DNA of 64,000 nt from Obrimoposthia wandeli (GCA_977020255.1 CDROCS010001000.1:496001-560000), one strand, 5' to 3'; positions 47,391 to 61,499 are shown, counted from the first letter of the stretch. Made by a program: numbers and translations. The notes: generated by a model not told the origin, from the letters alone.

Positions 47391-47453
47391 AACTGGCGAT
47401 GTAGGATGAACCCGTGAGATGAGGGATGTTTAGTTCATCCAACATCGCCAGTT
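47391..47453. repeat. 63-nt inverted repeat: 21-bp arms (1 mismatch) and a 21-nt loop
   Basis: AACTGGCGATGTAGGATGAAC ... GTTCATCCAACATCGCCAGTT. Confidence 0.85.
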
Positions 47454-47817
47454 ATACTTAACAAACATGGCATATTATTAATTCGATTTAAATCGGGCAA
47501 CTGCATTGAAGACAGTTATTTATCGTACATATTTAAAGTCGATAAGTTAAGGATTCCGGCTTAAATAGTTCTGTAGATTTATATTATTATATCTGACCGT
47601 TTGTCATATATTTAAATGAAACTTGGAGAATAATTCCAAAATCTCCATAACTAAATTTATGCACAGTTTTATTTAAATTCCAACTTTGTATTGTGAGAAA
47701 ATTAGAAAAAACATTGAATCATCCCTAAATCACGACTGGAAAAGATTATGTTTAAATTCATATATATATTTTTGTATAATTTATTAATATTTTGTTTTTT
47801 AATTTATTTACAGCACA

Positions 47818-50800
47818 ATGATTTGGAAATCATTTTATTCAACTGCTGTCCTTGAAGAACTGAAACAGCTTCTAATTCTGGCCTGGCCAATTGTAAGTTA
47901 CACATTATATTTTTGATTTTGGGGAATTAGGACGCAAATAAAACATAAATATATCCCATATGTATATAACACAATTTAGTTAATTGATACTCAATTATAG
48001 AGTGATTCAAAACTTTAGCACCATTAAATTGTTTTCTAAAACAACAACATATGCTTCAGAACTGATGGAATGCTCGTGTTAAAATTAAAGAATGCTATCA
48101 GTATTAATTTGATAAAACTAGGCAAGATAAAGAAAAATATGGGATAAAATGCGGTTTATGAGTCAGATATCTTTCCAGCACAGCGATATGTCATTTATAA
48201 CCCACTATATGTAAACACTTTTGCAAGTGGGAAGGTAAACATACTACTTGTAAAGATATTAGATTAAAAATATTTGATAGAGATTATTCTGTTTAATATA
48301 TATCTTCACACGTATGCTTTTTCTGTCCTCCTCTGAAACAAAGACACATAGTTACAAATAGTTGCATTTATTTTGCATAAAAGGTGCAATGTTACTTAAA
48401 GTAGATTTATATTTGTTTTCAGATTAATAGACAATAATTTATTAGCATTATTATATAGGACTACAACTTTTGATTCGACACAGAAAGTGAAAATAATGAA
48501 TCAGTAGAACCGGGAACAGCAGCAATGAGAAATCAAAAAAAACTATTGATGAAGTAAAGGTAGAAGAAATGATATTGGTAGAAATGAAGACAATTAATTA
48601 TGATGATGAAGAAAGGCAAAGATTAGATTTTTTTAAAATTCCTTGACTTTTAAGGAACCCATAATATCATGTACATCTAAGGAAATTAATCACATGACCC
48701 ACCTTTGTGATAGTTTGTTTAATCCAGCATAAGTCAATTTAGTGCAGAAAAATAAGCAGGACAAAACTGAGTTAGATTTTAGAAAATTAATAGTATGTTG
48801 GTAATTATCAAGATGCATTTGATGAAACTGGGCTCTTGAAATCAGGATTTACCACGTTGTAATACTTATATAGTGGATAAGATATCTTATAAAAAATGAA
48901 ATCTACTTCTATCTTTGTAAACGTAAAATTAGGAGAAACAATAATTACGTATTATTAGGAAAGTAAAAGACGAAAATAAGGGTGTTGTAACATATAAGCA
49001 GAGGATATTTTACGTCCAAAATCTTATAGTTTAGAAACTACTACTGAGGAAGGGCAGAGGAGAGGAAAGAAAATTTGTTTGAAAGATGATGGCTTATCAC
49101 ACGCTAATTACTTAACTGTATAAGACAGTGGAGTAAATGAAAGAATGGAACTAGAGTGCAACTCTACATTATACAGTTAAATAAATTATTGTTGAGCAGT
49201 TATAAAAATACACGAAAATATATTAAGAAAATTTGTCTGTTGCTTACGGCCATGCAGTACGTGACCATCTTTGTTTCAAACACACACTCTTGAATTTACA
49301 TATAGTTTTAAGTTTATGATTTTTTTTGGAATACGTGACAGTCTTTGTTCAAATTTGTTCATCTTTGTTAGACATACAAACATGAAAATATAAAGTTTTT
49401 AATTTCTTTTAAATATAAGTATTTTAAACATAGTTTAATGAAAAATAAGTTGTTAGAAGTGGGGTTTGAACCTACGCGGAGATACATCCAGTGGATCTTA
49501 AATTCCTCACATATCACTGCCATCTGGTTCAACTACTTGGTTTTAAAATATTAAAATAGTGATAACTTCTTACTAGTTTTCTCATATTTAAGTAATTTTA
49601 GTAATTTTAGTTTAAGTAAATATATAATACATATATTTATAAGTAGAAGGTGTTACGTAATTAAATTAAATTTTTTTAATAATTATTTATTTTTATATGT
49701 AGATAAAAAATAGTATTTGAATTTAGATAATTATATATTATTTATTTTTATAACTAGAAAGTAATGCATAATTAAATTTAGGTAAATATTTATTACTTAG
49801 ATTTATTATAAAATAATAAATTATTTTAAATGTTACAAAATTTAGTTACCTTTAATTGAAAGTTTCAAAAATATCTAAAAATTAATTTATAGAAAACGTT
49901 TTACGAATATTAGAGTTTTATTCCCTATCCTCTCCATTCCTTTCTTTTTTTGAATCTTAATGATGACTTTGGGGTCACTCATATGTGTTTATGTATTAAT
50001 ACAGTTAGAATGATAGGGTTGCCATCATTCCAGAAGTAATTGAATCTTGGTTGGCTCCAGTTTCTCTTTCTTATTTTGAATTAATGAAAATATTATTTTT
50101 TCTTCTTTTTTCTCTTTCTGGGATAATTAATTTTATTTATGCTTCTAACAAATGTTATTTTATTTAGCAAAGGGAAATATAATAAAATTTCGAATAAAAT
50201 AAAATACAAATCTTATATAATAACCTACATACATTTCAATTAAATTACTCTTGTTAAATAATATATTTAAGGAATTGATATACTTAAATAAAATCGCTTT
50301 ATAAAAAATAGTTGCATCTTTTTTGCAACTTACGAGCAAGAATAGTTTACATAATATTATCAACTAGAATAATATTAAAAAGTTTGTTTTGGACATTTGA
50401 AACTGTAACCCTTGAAGGTGTGAAGGTATAAGGTTATGGCTCTCCTATAGTGGTCAAAATATTTGTAAGTTTGAAGATATGTTACTAAAAGAAGAATAAC
50501 AAAAAACATGGGTTCCATTAGTACAACAAGTCATCATTTTTGGAAACAAATATCATTAAGTCAACGATTACGTCATCGATAAGAACAAAGACTGATTTAT
50601 AGGACAAAGACTATGGCTTGTTGAGGGGCTGCCTAAAGACACACATACCACTACTTATAAACGTGTACATTTTCAAAAGAAGTACTTAATAAAGGTCATG
50701 TTAATAAAACTCGACCGTTACTTCTTGAATTTTCTTGTCTGGATTATTTCCAAATAATAAATGTAGAGCTTTCTTCCCATATTTTAGGTTTCCAAAAAGC

Positions 50801-53800
50801 TATTTCCTAAACTTGAAAAGAATAGAGGACTCTAATGATTTTTAAACATTTTAAACAATTCTAAATAACGATACTCTTTTTTCTGGGGTCAATAACACGA
50901 ATAAAGCAAATTTTGTACAGATTCTGATGAGCTTCTTCCGATACGCGAATCCCACAGTCAGTGTTATTATTTGTGGTCATCTTTCTAAAGAAGAATTCAA
51001 TGCTGCCACATTGGCCAATAGTGTATGTTTTATTAATTTTTCACATTTTTTTGCTTTTCTGTTACAAATTAAGGATATTATATTATTGTAAATTATTGTA
51101 AATCGTAGTTTATTTAAAATGTAAAAAATAGCTTTTTATAAAATTGGAATATACATATAGTACTTAAAACAGTCAATGGTATAAATATCAATAAAAATGT
51201 AATATTTTCCGTTTTAGGCTCAATTTATATATAATATTTTAATTACTCACAAAACTTCGACAAAATTTCTATTTTAATTATATAAATCATTCTTAATTTT
51301 CATTCTTAATAGTCATTCCTAAAAGCAATTGAGCTTTGTATAAATCCTTATTGTCTTTAAAATCATTTCAAATAGTGTTAATAATTATTTTATATAAACT
51401 CGTTTAAGCCATTTAAAGTAAATGGTGATCTATTAATTTTTTGGGTGGAAAGGACATCTTGACATAACCACATTTTAATGCTATCATTCATCGTAGCAAA
51501 GATAAAATATGACTATTCGACCGACTTATGCGAGAGTGTAAGACTTGTTTTACTTAAAATTTAATTATTAAACAATTTTCCCGATCAAAGTTATTTTATC
51601 TTAAAAGCTTTTCTGCTACAGATCATCAGTGTATTTGGAGTCGCAGTAGACCAGGGCTTCTCTACTGCTTGCGATACTCTCTTTTCACAGGTATGTCCCA
51701 ATTGAACTCGTATATAGCATAATCTTGAACAGATTTATGGGAGTAGAAGCCGAAGAAGGCTCGGCCTGATGCTACAAAGAGGTAGGAATATAAATTATCA
51801 CCCTTCAGAATTCGTGATATGAGTACAAAAATATTTTATCAAAAAATTTGAAAATCAAAAAGTTCCATTTGCCGAACATTTTTCTATGGATTTCGTCTGA
51901 ATAACAAAGCTGAATTTTGATGCTACGGATATTTTGGGTCTTTTCTTACTTTGAAGGCTCAGAAAATGTCAAAATAACTCCAGGTTCTTTTATAAGTTAC
52001 AGTGAGAAGCAGAAAAGAAAATTTATGTCATTAGCAATAAAACCAAAAGTTTAGTTACTGTTTAAGCTTCGTTGTGGAGTATTGGTGTAGCTGACGATAG
52101 CAGTGTAAAGAGTATTTTCTCGCTCATCAACTCAATATCACCTCCTTAGCCAGACATAGATTAGGAGAGGGTTCAGTGATCCAGGGATCTGATCATTGAA
52201 AGACCATGTTATACACAACTTAAAATGAATGCAAGTGACAATGATCACTATTTTTCAAGGAAAGAAAAGCTGATACTTCAGAAGCGATAAAATCATAAAC
52301 CACGATTGGAATTTATGTGGTAACCTTGCTCCCTGAATCTTAATTCCCTCGACTTCTGCTTTTGGGACTAAGGCGATGCAGAAATTGAGTCTATGAAAGA
52401 ACTACTAGCCAAGATTACGAATGTTGTTTCAGACAGATACCAAGGAATAGTTATTGCCGGGATCCCCTTCTTCTTAAATCCGTTATTTCGGAAATGATTG
52501 TGCATAGAAAGTCTGATATAATATTTAGAAATCCCATTGTGTATCGATGTTTTAAGTTTTAAAACTATAATAATATTTATTATTTTCACTTAATTCATAT
52601 TTATTTTAGGACACACTGTATAATAACACAAATTTCTTTCTCCAGCAATGATGATAATGACGGTGGTGTATTTATTCCTGGGCTGTCTTCATTTCAACAT
52701 AGAGCCTCTTCTGATTCTTCTGAACCAGGATGTTGAAGTGTCGAGGTTAGAAAGATGTTTCCCTGAATTCAGTCTTACCAAAACTTAATTTTATTAGTAA
52801 ATTTTTATATTGAATCTTAATATTCAACACTTTTAATGCATAATTAAACATTATATACGTTAATAGATTACCCATATAAAATCCACTTAAAATAATTAAT
52901 TGTGTAATATTATTATTTTAAAATATAACTTACTAAATACATATTTAGGTAACTATATCAAAAGCTTTAATTGTATAAAATATTTTAATTTGCGTATATG
53001 TTTGAACTGTTATTCATCTATATCAGGGGTTCCCAAAGTGGGTTCCGCCAAAAAATTTGGGGTTCTGTGGGCTTTTTATTTATTTGTGTTATTTAACATT
53101 CTGTTTGCTCTATTATATGATTTACGTATTTTTCAATGTATACGATTTTTTTTAAAGTTCCATGAAAGTAAATAAAGTCCTATGTTCGAAAACAATATTT
53201 AATGTCTCATTAAAGTTTGATAAAATTGGGTTCATTCATAAAAAAATTAAAAGGGGGTTCCGCAAGCTATGGATAACCTTTTAAGGGTTCCACAGCTAAA
53301 ATTGTTTGGAAACCCTGATCTATATAATTGATACACACTGTTTTTTATCCAAGATGTCAATAGAGATTTGTATTATTTGTATTAAGATATTCTTAACAAC
53401 AACAGATTATTACTGATGTTTACGCGATATATTTCTGATATTAAAAGCCAGAATTCTATGGATGGGCTTCGTAAATATATATACAAAAATTAGAGAAGAT
53501 AAAAATATATGGTTTTTTTTTGACAATGTTGTATGTAAAAACGTCTTGAAAAGCAAATTAAGTTTCTGTTTTTATGATACATGATATAAAGTACAGATCT
53601 AGCATTTTTATTTGTTTATTTAGTATTATTTGAGAAACGGAACAGAGTAAATGAAAGAATAAAGCCAAGTATTTGAGTTGTTGACAAATAATGTTTTAAC
53701 CAAAATGCTCAATTAATATAATTTTAGAAGTGCTGACTACCAAGGCAGTATCACATATCAGGACATTTGTGTGATATTCAGTTTTACAGACTGAAAATGA

Positions 53801-56800
53801 GTTTATTTTAACATAATTTAAAATATTCTTATGAATTTTGTTTCATATTGGCTGGAATTTGGAGCATATTTTTATTTGATATAGTAAAAATTGTAGAAAT
53901 TGCGATTTATTTTCAAACTTCGAATGTGTCAAACTTCAATTTCAGTTCGCAACCTTGACCGTTGTACTATCTTCCGTCAGTAAACTGCTCTTATGTAGTT
54001 TAAAATTGTATGTATGTCTCAGTTTTAAAAGATTCTGGACATGAATAGATTTTTATATGAATACATGAAATTTTACTTCATACGCACATATACGGTTTTA
54101 AAGAACATAAGTCCCCTAGGAGTAAGTGGAAATTAATTGAAACCGGACACATCTACCTAGGTAACACGAGCCAACAAAGGCCCATCACACCCGATGTGAC
54201 TATCTGAGCATAGTGATATGTGAGAATAGTAAGGGGGACGATTTTTTTCTCTGGCACCCTTCGGCCACTCAGCAATATTTTATGTACATTTTCTAAAATT
54301 TATATATACATTTTTTATCATTTGTTCCTCTTCAAAACATGCAAAATTCATCTTCCCTTACTGAAATATATACTAGTTTTTCTACCCCACATGATACACA
54401 CACAACCATTGTAAAAGCTTTAAACAAAATCTTGTAAACGTTTTGGAAAAAAATTGAATGCCATGATTAATATTTCAATTCTCATTCGTTCTCAATCAGA
54501 TGCTAGTATATAAAAGCTTTCATCATTATTTTTCATTGTTAAAATTTACAATGCCTCATCACAAAAATAGATATATGAATACGGAGCTCGAAGACCAATT
54601 GTATGGAGACCATTATCTAGTGCAGCGACGAACGCCATAACCAGTAGGAGCAGCATCAGTACTACACCCGGCAGCATCACCAACAGCTACAGAAAGAGAA
54701 GAGGTAATGAGATCCAATATATTATCAGCCGTCAACTTCAGTGGAAGCCACAGAGAAACCCACGGCATCAATGTCACTAGTGAGGAAGAATACCAACATC
54801 TTCGACTTCTACAACGCTTCGATCAAACGCCAAAGTCAATGGCAATTGATCATATTGTCTCTGTCGGAGATAGTTCTAGCTCCAGACTCCCACGAGGATC
54901 TGTTAAGCGACCACAAAGCTAAACAGCTTTAGGATACCACCTCTTTCGGATCAGTAACGCAGGAAGGTCTTGAGAAAGATGATGAGGATTTCATTTCATT
55001 TCTTGAGTATTGTTATGGAGGTACATCGACTATCCTACCACATTCTGTAGTACGACGAACCAGTGACAGAATTTTGTTGAGTTTTCAAAGGATTTAAACA
55101 AAGACTTGATTCCTTTGCTCAATGAATTTGATGGTGTCCCGCCATCTTGCCTGCTCTTCTGATAAGCTGTGAGCACCTTGCTACAATTGACTCCCTCATT
55201 GCTGAGTAGGATAGTGACAAGTTGTGCCTGTTCACAGACGAACGGGTGAGATTGATGCCATCACTTGCTGCTGCTGCTCAGGTCCTACCGTCAACAACAC
55301 AGTGCTTTTGCCAGAGCATGTATTTCAAAGGCCACAGCCAGATATGAGATGGACTAAGAGAATTAAGGTGATGGATGAGGATGAATTATTTAATTAAATC
55401 ATATGCTTTTAATTTATATTTTTCAGGAAATCCAACTTGATATTGCGCAATTGTTGACTTTGATGGATATACAATTGGAATCAGAAATCATTGTAAGACA
55501 GTGCAACCCGGAGCTTCCACATACTCAGCTTTGATACCTACCTAACTTTGGACTGAACAGGAAAAATGATTTCGTATTTGAAAAAAATTAATTTAATTTT
55601 ATTTATGTATGAACCTCATCAGATCCAGCATGTGCAGAAGGAGCTGGGAGAGGCTACTCATATTGTGCAGAAGAAAACGTATTGGCAATTGTTCACCAAA
55701 GAAAAACGGTTAAGGTTAACAAGAAAATGCTCACGACAACGGATAACTGTCTCAACCAGCCGACGACGGACTAATCTTTACGCAGGATCCAAGTCACCAT
55801 AATTTAATTATCTCCACCGCTGTCTTAATGACATCAGGAACGGTCTATTCATTCATCTCTACCACTGATTCAACGACTGACAGCACTACCAGAGACTTCG
55901 GAGAAAAATACAACAAATTTGAACCAGAAACTGCGGTGAGCATGACAAGATGCTGCTGCTGCATAAACCAGTCAAAATTTACAAAAGACCAGGCTCGATG
56001 TAAGGTTGGATGATTTATTGGAACAAATTTTGAGTCCTTAACTGCAACCGCGACCCCCATAACAGTATTATCTTTTCCTGAGGAAACATGACGCTGATGC
56101 ATGGCAGCTGGTATGTGAAAAGAGCAGACGTGAAAAAAAGAGAAAGAAGCGGTCTCGCAAAAGGAAGACGGCCATTAGGGCTTCTATATTTCCCAGAATC
56201 TTTGCATTGTCAGGAAACTCTGTTCTTTGCGATAAAGACCCCCAGCTGGAGCTTTTACGTCGTCTGCAGCATCTCCTTGAAAGTCACGGCAAATCAAGTC
56301 AAAGTGGCCTAGGACGGCTTTTGTTGCACAACAACCAGTAGTTGTGCAACAAAAGAAGAAGCCAAGTCAGTAACTACTAAAAAGATCAGATCAAGGATCT
56401 TCTTCCAAAATATAAAATTTGTACAATGTATTTTTTGTGATTTTACGATTTCTTTAATGCATGTAACTAATAATTTTATGAAATATTACAAAATATAAAC
56501 AAATAAAATCCTAGTAAAGTCAAAATTTAGGAAATAACTTTATTATCTATAAAAAAATTATATTTATGAGTTTCTATAACATAGGTTATAAATTTATTTG
56601 GAATAGATTAAAAATTAAATTGTCCCCAGATTTTAGGGATGAATTAGAAAAAAGATTATTTGTCAATTGTATCCGAAGAGCTGAATCCGTGTTTTAGATG
56701 GATATTTAAGAAAAGTTTATGTTAATGTATTTTCGAAAAGGAAGCAATTGACTGTAACAATTTGACTTTATAGTTACACGAAGAATAAAAATGGAACAAA

Positions 56801-59800
56801 GTTATCTATGTGGAAATTTTAACGGGCTCATATCCTTATATTTTGACTATTTCTTTTCTTCTATCATGCTTTATATTTAATTATATCATGTTTCTTTCAA
56901 TTGCATATTTCTGTATTTATTAACTTTATTCTTATAATAAATTCTAATAAATTTTAATTTTTTTATTTCAGTTCATAATATTTGTATTTTGTTTAAATAT
57001 ATATTTTATATAAACATTTGTTTATATATTTTTTAGAATAAATCCTTTTCTGAGTTATGTACGAAAGTTTTATTACCCAGAAAGACTTTTCAAATTTTCG
57101 TTTATTACAAAGTTTATATATGAAAGTGGCATCAAATTATACCAATTATGAATACTGTGAAAATATAAAAATGCGAAAATAAATATATAATTGAAATGTT
57201 AACAACATTTGATATTGATCAATTCAAAATATGTTGGACTTTTACATACCTGATTATGCATATTATGAACATTCTTTCCAGATTGAAAGTGATCACAGGG
57301 TGGCTTTTATAAATGACCTTGGTTATTTGATAACTCCACATTTAGATGGAGAAATATTGAATATTTCAATATGGCTTAATAAATACTATGTTGATGGCGA
57401 TGAAAAAAATACAACATTAAACTTTGTGTGATATGGTGTTTTATATTTTATTTTTGTGTTATTTAATAAAGGAAGTTAAATTAATTTTGGTTTTCATAAA
57501 ATATATAAGTTTGAACCTATATATTTTTGTCATACTCTTAACCACCATACGAAATATAGTCATATATTCATACTAAATTATAATATATAATCTGGTATAT
57601 GATAAGTCGATTCTGTCCAATACTGATGAGGTCAATAGGGCTATCTGGATTCCTTTGGTTTTCTATGACCAATTTGATCTATTTTTTGAGTACCTAAGTC
57701 CATCCTTATTAGTCAGATGTAAAATTAATATGGACACGAGCATGAAATTTTACTTTATACATACATACAATAAATTAAACCCTATACATATGTACTGTTT
57801 TAAAGGATAGAAATGCCCCCAGACGGTAGGAGTGGGTGGTTTAGACTGTACATATCCACATACTCACATGATCAGTTCTACTTACCAAAAGTGACCCACT
57901 AGACATTCGTATTAAACCTTATCAGAACATTGATTTATGATATGTCATCTAAACAAATGTCAACATTTTGTTGTTGCTTATGTTTTTATTTAAAGTTCAT
58001 TCAAATAACAAAGCAAATTTAACCATAACCAGTTAATTTACTCCAGAAAAAATAAAATAACACGAAAATGTTAATACGCACTGCAAAGATATTTATTTTA
58101 ACTAATAATTCGCTTTTGTCGTGTGTTTTTTACGCCTGCAATTAAACGGTGTACTGTATTATTATTTACATGAAATTAAATATTATTATCTGCTTGAATT
58201 ACAGCTTTTGTGTAAGAATTATGAGATCTTGCTTTATATTTTGCTGTTGTATATATTTTCTGACAATGGCCCACTAGGCATTCTTATAAAAGTATGCGAC
58301 TTCAATGAAGAAAGCCGCACACCGTACCAATTTAAAGTTCAAGATGAACTCGAGACCGTTACATCATCAGTACTTATAATCATTCATATACCATATACAA
58401 CTACGCTCTAAATTACAGCTATCCTGAAAAACCTTTGGAGTAAACAAGTTACTAGATAGTTCGATTATTATTTCACAACTTAATTCGTGTCTAACGGGAC
58501 ATAAACTGCAGATGTGATTCGTCCCACATCGTCAGTTCTGTTGCCAAAGCATACATCACTTTGTTTTTAATTGGATACAAAAGGGAATCTAAAATAGGAA
58601 AGCTTGTAGGTCGTGTCAGTAGGGGTAATATTTCGGCAAGCCACTTTTACAACTCGCATTTGTACATGGTACTTTACATTTGCTGATTCTGGGATTATTG
58701 TGGGTTTGAGTTTGTCTTCATTATTTCTCCTCTCCTACATCGTAGAAATGATATTTGTTTCTGTTTGGCATACTAGTGCAAGCAATATGAACAGTAACAT
58801 GGTTTAGCATATCCGAATAAGTTTAAAATTACCCAATTAAAATCGAGACACACAAGCTAGAGGACCGAAATCATTTGCATGAGTTCATATCTAGGTACAT
58901 TAATTCATATTGCTCCACTTGCCTAGTCAAATGAGTCGAACAAGCAAGAACTCCTCCAGATCGGTAACCAAAAATAGTAGATTTGGTCATCAACGTTGGG
59001 ATTGAGAAACCGAGAAACCCATCTTCATACACCAGTTCCTAAAGATACTGACCATGCCCAACAGCTAATAGATACTACAAATACTACAAACAAATATGTG
59101 TTAATCTACATTATCTACATGATGCAATTTTTTATTTCGTTATCCCTACTCATGCAAAAGGGAATACAAAGTCGCTACTCAAGACCTGCGCTTGAATAAT
59201 TGATAATTAACATAAATTGACCAATTTCTGAATACAATAGGCAGACTCAATTAAAATTACTATAACGGTCTAGATCAACCACTAATTTATTATTAAAATG
59301 TGTATAAATAAAGATGTTTAACAAAATACAAATTGTGGGAAGTAATCTATTGGTCTCCTAACGTTTATGACTCAACAATTTAGTACTAAACAAAATATTA
59401 AAAAAAGTGTAAAGAACATTAAAATCTTTGCAGAAGCGACAAAATTCTGTCATGACGATCATTTTACTCAGTAGACAAAATATGTAAATTGTCAAAATAA
59501 ATATTCACTATAATTTACATTTTATGTACGTCATTCGTTATCATTGCTTCAATATTTCAGACTGACCGCCCGATATGTTGCGATTTACTTTTGGGGTCTC
59601 TTTGTGAGTTTATATTCCTTAGTGATTTTTTATTACGTTGCTATATTTATATTGACTTTTAGCTTATCGTATATTCTATAATATTTATTAATCGAAGTAT
59701 TTTACACATTTTATTCCACTGAAAAAGTCCTGCAGGCTTCTCGATTTTGAGTTAACTAAATTAGATTAACTCTATTCTTGTATTTCAGTTTGACTTCCAG

Positions 59801-61499
59801 TACTTGACCATATCACGATATCTGCAAAATCAGAACATCGTTTATCCCATGATGATATCTGCTTTTGTTGGATCTGCATTCAATGCAGTGAGTCAATATA
59901 TCGCTATTTTTGTACTCGGATACGGAATAGAGTAAGTGCCTTTTTTGATGTGGATGTGGCTATGGCTGTGAATGTAGATGTGATATGTGTGTGGGTAGGG
60001 AACTTTAGGAAAATTTGTGAATGGACAGCTAAGGTTTATTTTATATATATGTGTATGTGTTGCTTCAGTGCTTCCGCCATTCTGCAAGCGTGTGGTTGCC
60101 TGGTGATGTTCCTGATTCAGCTGGGCTACGTCCTTATTTCCGGAGTGTACAAGGACACATGGCAAGGTCAGTAAGACAATATACCTTGAGAATGTAAATT
60201 ATATATTATAAAATCATTTTACATTACGTAATTTTTTTTAAAATTGCTCATTTTATTTCAGAAGCAAAGTCTTGTTTTATACATATAGAGTTCATGGAAA
60301 CAGTTACCTCTATGTTTTGAAAACTTGCCTGAATTTCAATTTTATGTTTATCTTACGATCATAGAGAATACTGTTTACCTAATCGTATCATTTAATCACT
60401 ATTATAAAAAAGAGACGTTCCCATAATTCACCCATATCACTGAAATGTTTACTTTCCACAATTTATCAATAAGCCACACTCAACACTCAATTTCTCAGTC
60501 ATTCGATTTCTGTTTTTGTTTTAATTTTTAATTTTCAGTAAACGAATTTTAAACACATTTGAGATTGGACAACAAAGACTTATTTTCCCATTATGTACTT
60601 AGGTGATCAAATAGCTCATGAAAAGTGAGAGAATGTTAAAAATAAAATAAATTATTAATAATTAATTTTATAAAACATTTTTAGAAAAAAGTGTTCGATA
60701 ATAACATAACTTCTAATATTATAAAGGTGTTAAAGTTAATTACCTATCCTACCGAAATTTTCTAAATAAAACTTTCTTCTAGTTATGTTGGTTTAATAAC
60801 AAAAAGAATAAATTTGAAATAGTCTTAATGAAATTCTAAAAATAATGTTTGCTTCAGAAGTGGTTTCCTTCAATGATTGAAGTGTATGATAAAAAAACAA
60901 TGAAAGGGCTACATTTATTCATCATCAAAAAAAATTGTACATATATGTACATGAATAATAAACTGATATTGAAATTACAAATAGGTTTTAAACTCAGATT
61001 TTAACAATTGATATACGCTATTAAAAACTCTATCTGATATTAAACCCCAGATTTGAAACTGGTACACAACTGGATCAATGTATACCTTGATAATACCAGT
61101 TGAGCTAATATTGTAGAAGAGTCTTACAGACATTGCCCAACGTTTACCGAGGCTGGGGCTTAGTTGGCTTTTTCCAGTGGGAATCTATATTATTAAATTT
61201 TTTTTATATGTTATTAGAAATTTTATCATAAATGATTCATTTTCTGAAATTACGTTGAATTTGACTAAAATAACCGGTAAATGTTTAGAATCTCAATTTT
61301 TAGTAATCTTTTTATTAAATATTGAAAATAAAAGATCTGAATTATTAAATATTGAAAAATTAAAAGGTGTATTTACTCTTAGGTTTCGAGTTTCGCCAGT
61401 CTTTGGAAGCATGGGGAATATTTTTTAAGCTCGGGTTACCAGGAATTGTTATGGTTGGCTCTGAACAATGGGCCTTTCAAATATCAAATTTTTTGGCAG
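47818..61499 (+). CDS. SLC47A: MATE / SLC47 transporter, 5' half (gene 2); exons 47818-47892, 50921-51022, 51622-51690, 51733-51781, 52646-52745, 59561-59603, 59789-59931, 60069-60166, 61383-61499; continues beyond the window
   Basis: Phase-compatible GT-AG exons give an open frame: EELKQLLILAWPI / ICGHLSKEEFNAATLANS / GFSTACDTLFSQ / IYGS...LGLMLQR / LLNQDVEVSR / RYLQNQNIVYP / KDTWQG / WGIFFKLGLPG...EQWAFQI. Confidence 0.9.
49451..49528 (-). pseudogene. tRNA-Leu(UAA) pseudogene
   Basis: Minus strand ...TTTAAGATCCACTGGATGTATCTCCGCGTAGGTTCAAACCCCACTTCT matches the anticodon, long variable arm and T-arm of metazoan tRNA-Leu-UAA. The D-arm/A-box is degraded and the B box is mutated (GTTCAAA). 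Confidence 0.75.
53024..53317. mobile_element. hAT-family MITE with an 8-bp target-site duplication
   Basis: TIRs CAGGGGTTCCCAAA / TTTGGAAACCCTG; ATCTATAT flanks both sides (53016-53023 and 53318-53325); internal GGGTTCC repeats. Confidence 0.9.
53930..57864. mobile_element. Internally deleted Maverick derivative (element D) in the MATE gene 2 intron
   Basis: TIR-like ends in reverse orientation at 53930-54160 and about 57750-57864. Homolog of the element A repeated-exon gene at 54551-56400 and both SSB-like paralogs at 56560-56850 and 57050-57431. No core genes. Confidence 0.75.
56560..57431 (+). pseudogene. Decayed SSB-like paralogs A and B
   Basis: KRKQLTVTI*LYSYTKNKNGTKLSMWK (paralog A) and MLDFYIPDYAYYEHSFQIESDHRVAFINDLGYLITP...NISIWLN (paralog B). 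Confidence 0.8.
58350..59200 (-). mobile_element. Penelope-like retroelement RT remnant
   Basis: Minus-strand NVDDQIYYFW (cf. RYVDDIF..W), KQISFL and YPIKNKVMYAL (cf. HP..K) in the expected order; heavily decayed. Confidence 0.45.

Noticed and set aside
48400-49150. Possible additional transposase remnant in MATE gene 2 intron 1
   Set aside because: Composition looks coding-like but no diagnostic motif could be read.
59893-60174. ORF-track ORFs on both strands around 59900-60170
   Set aside because: They overlap MATE exons 59789-59931 and 60069-60166 and a GT-rich intron; the spliced gene explains them.
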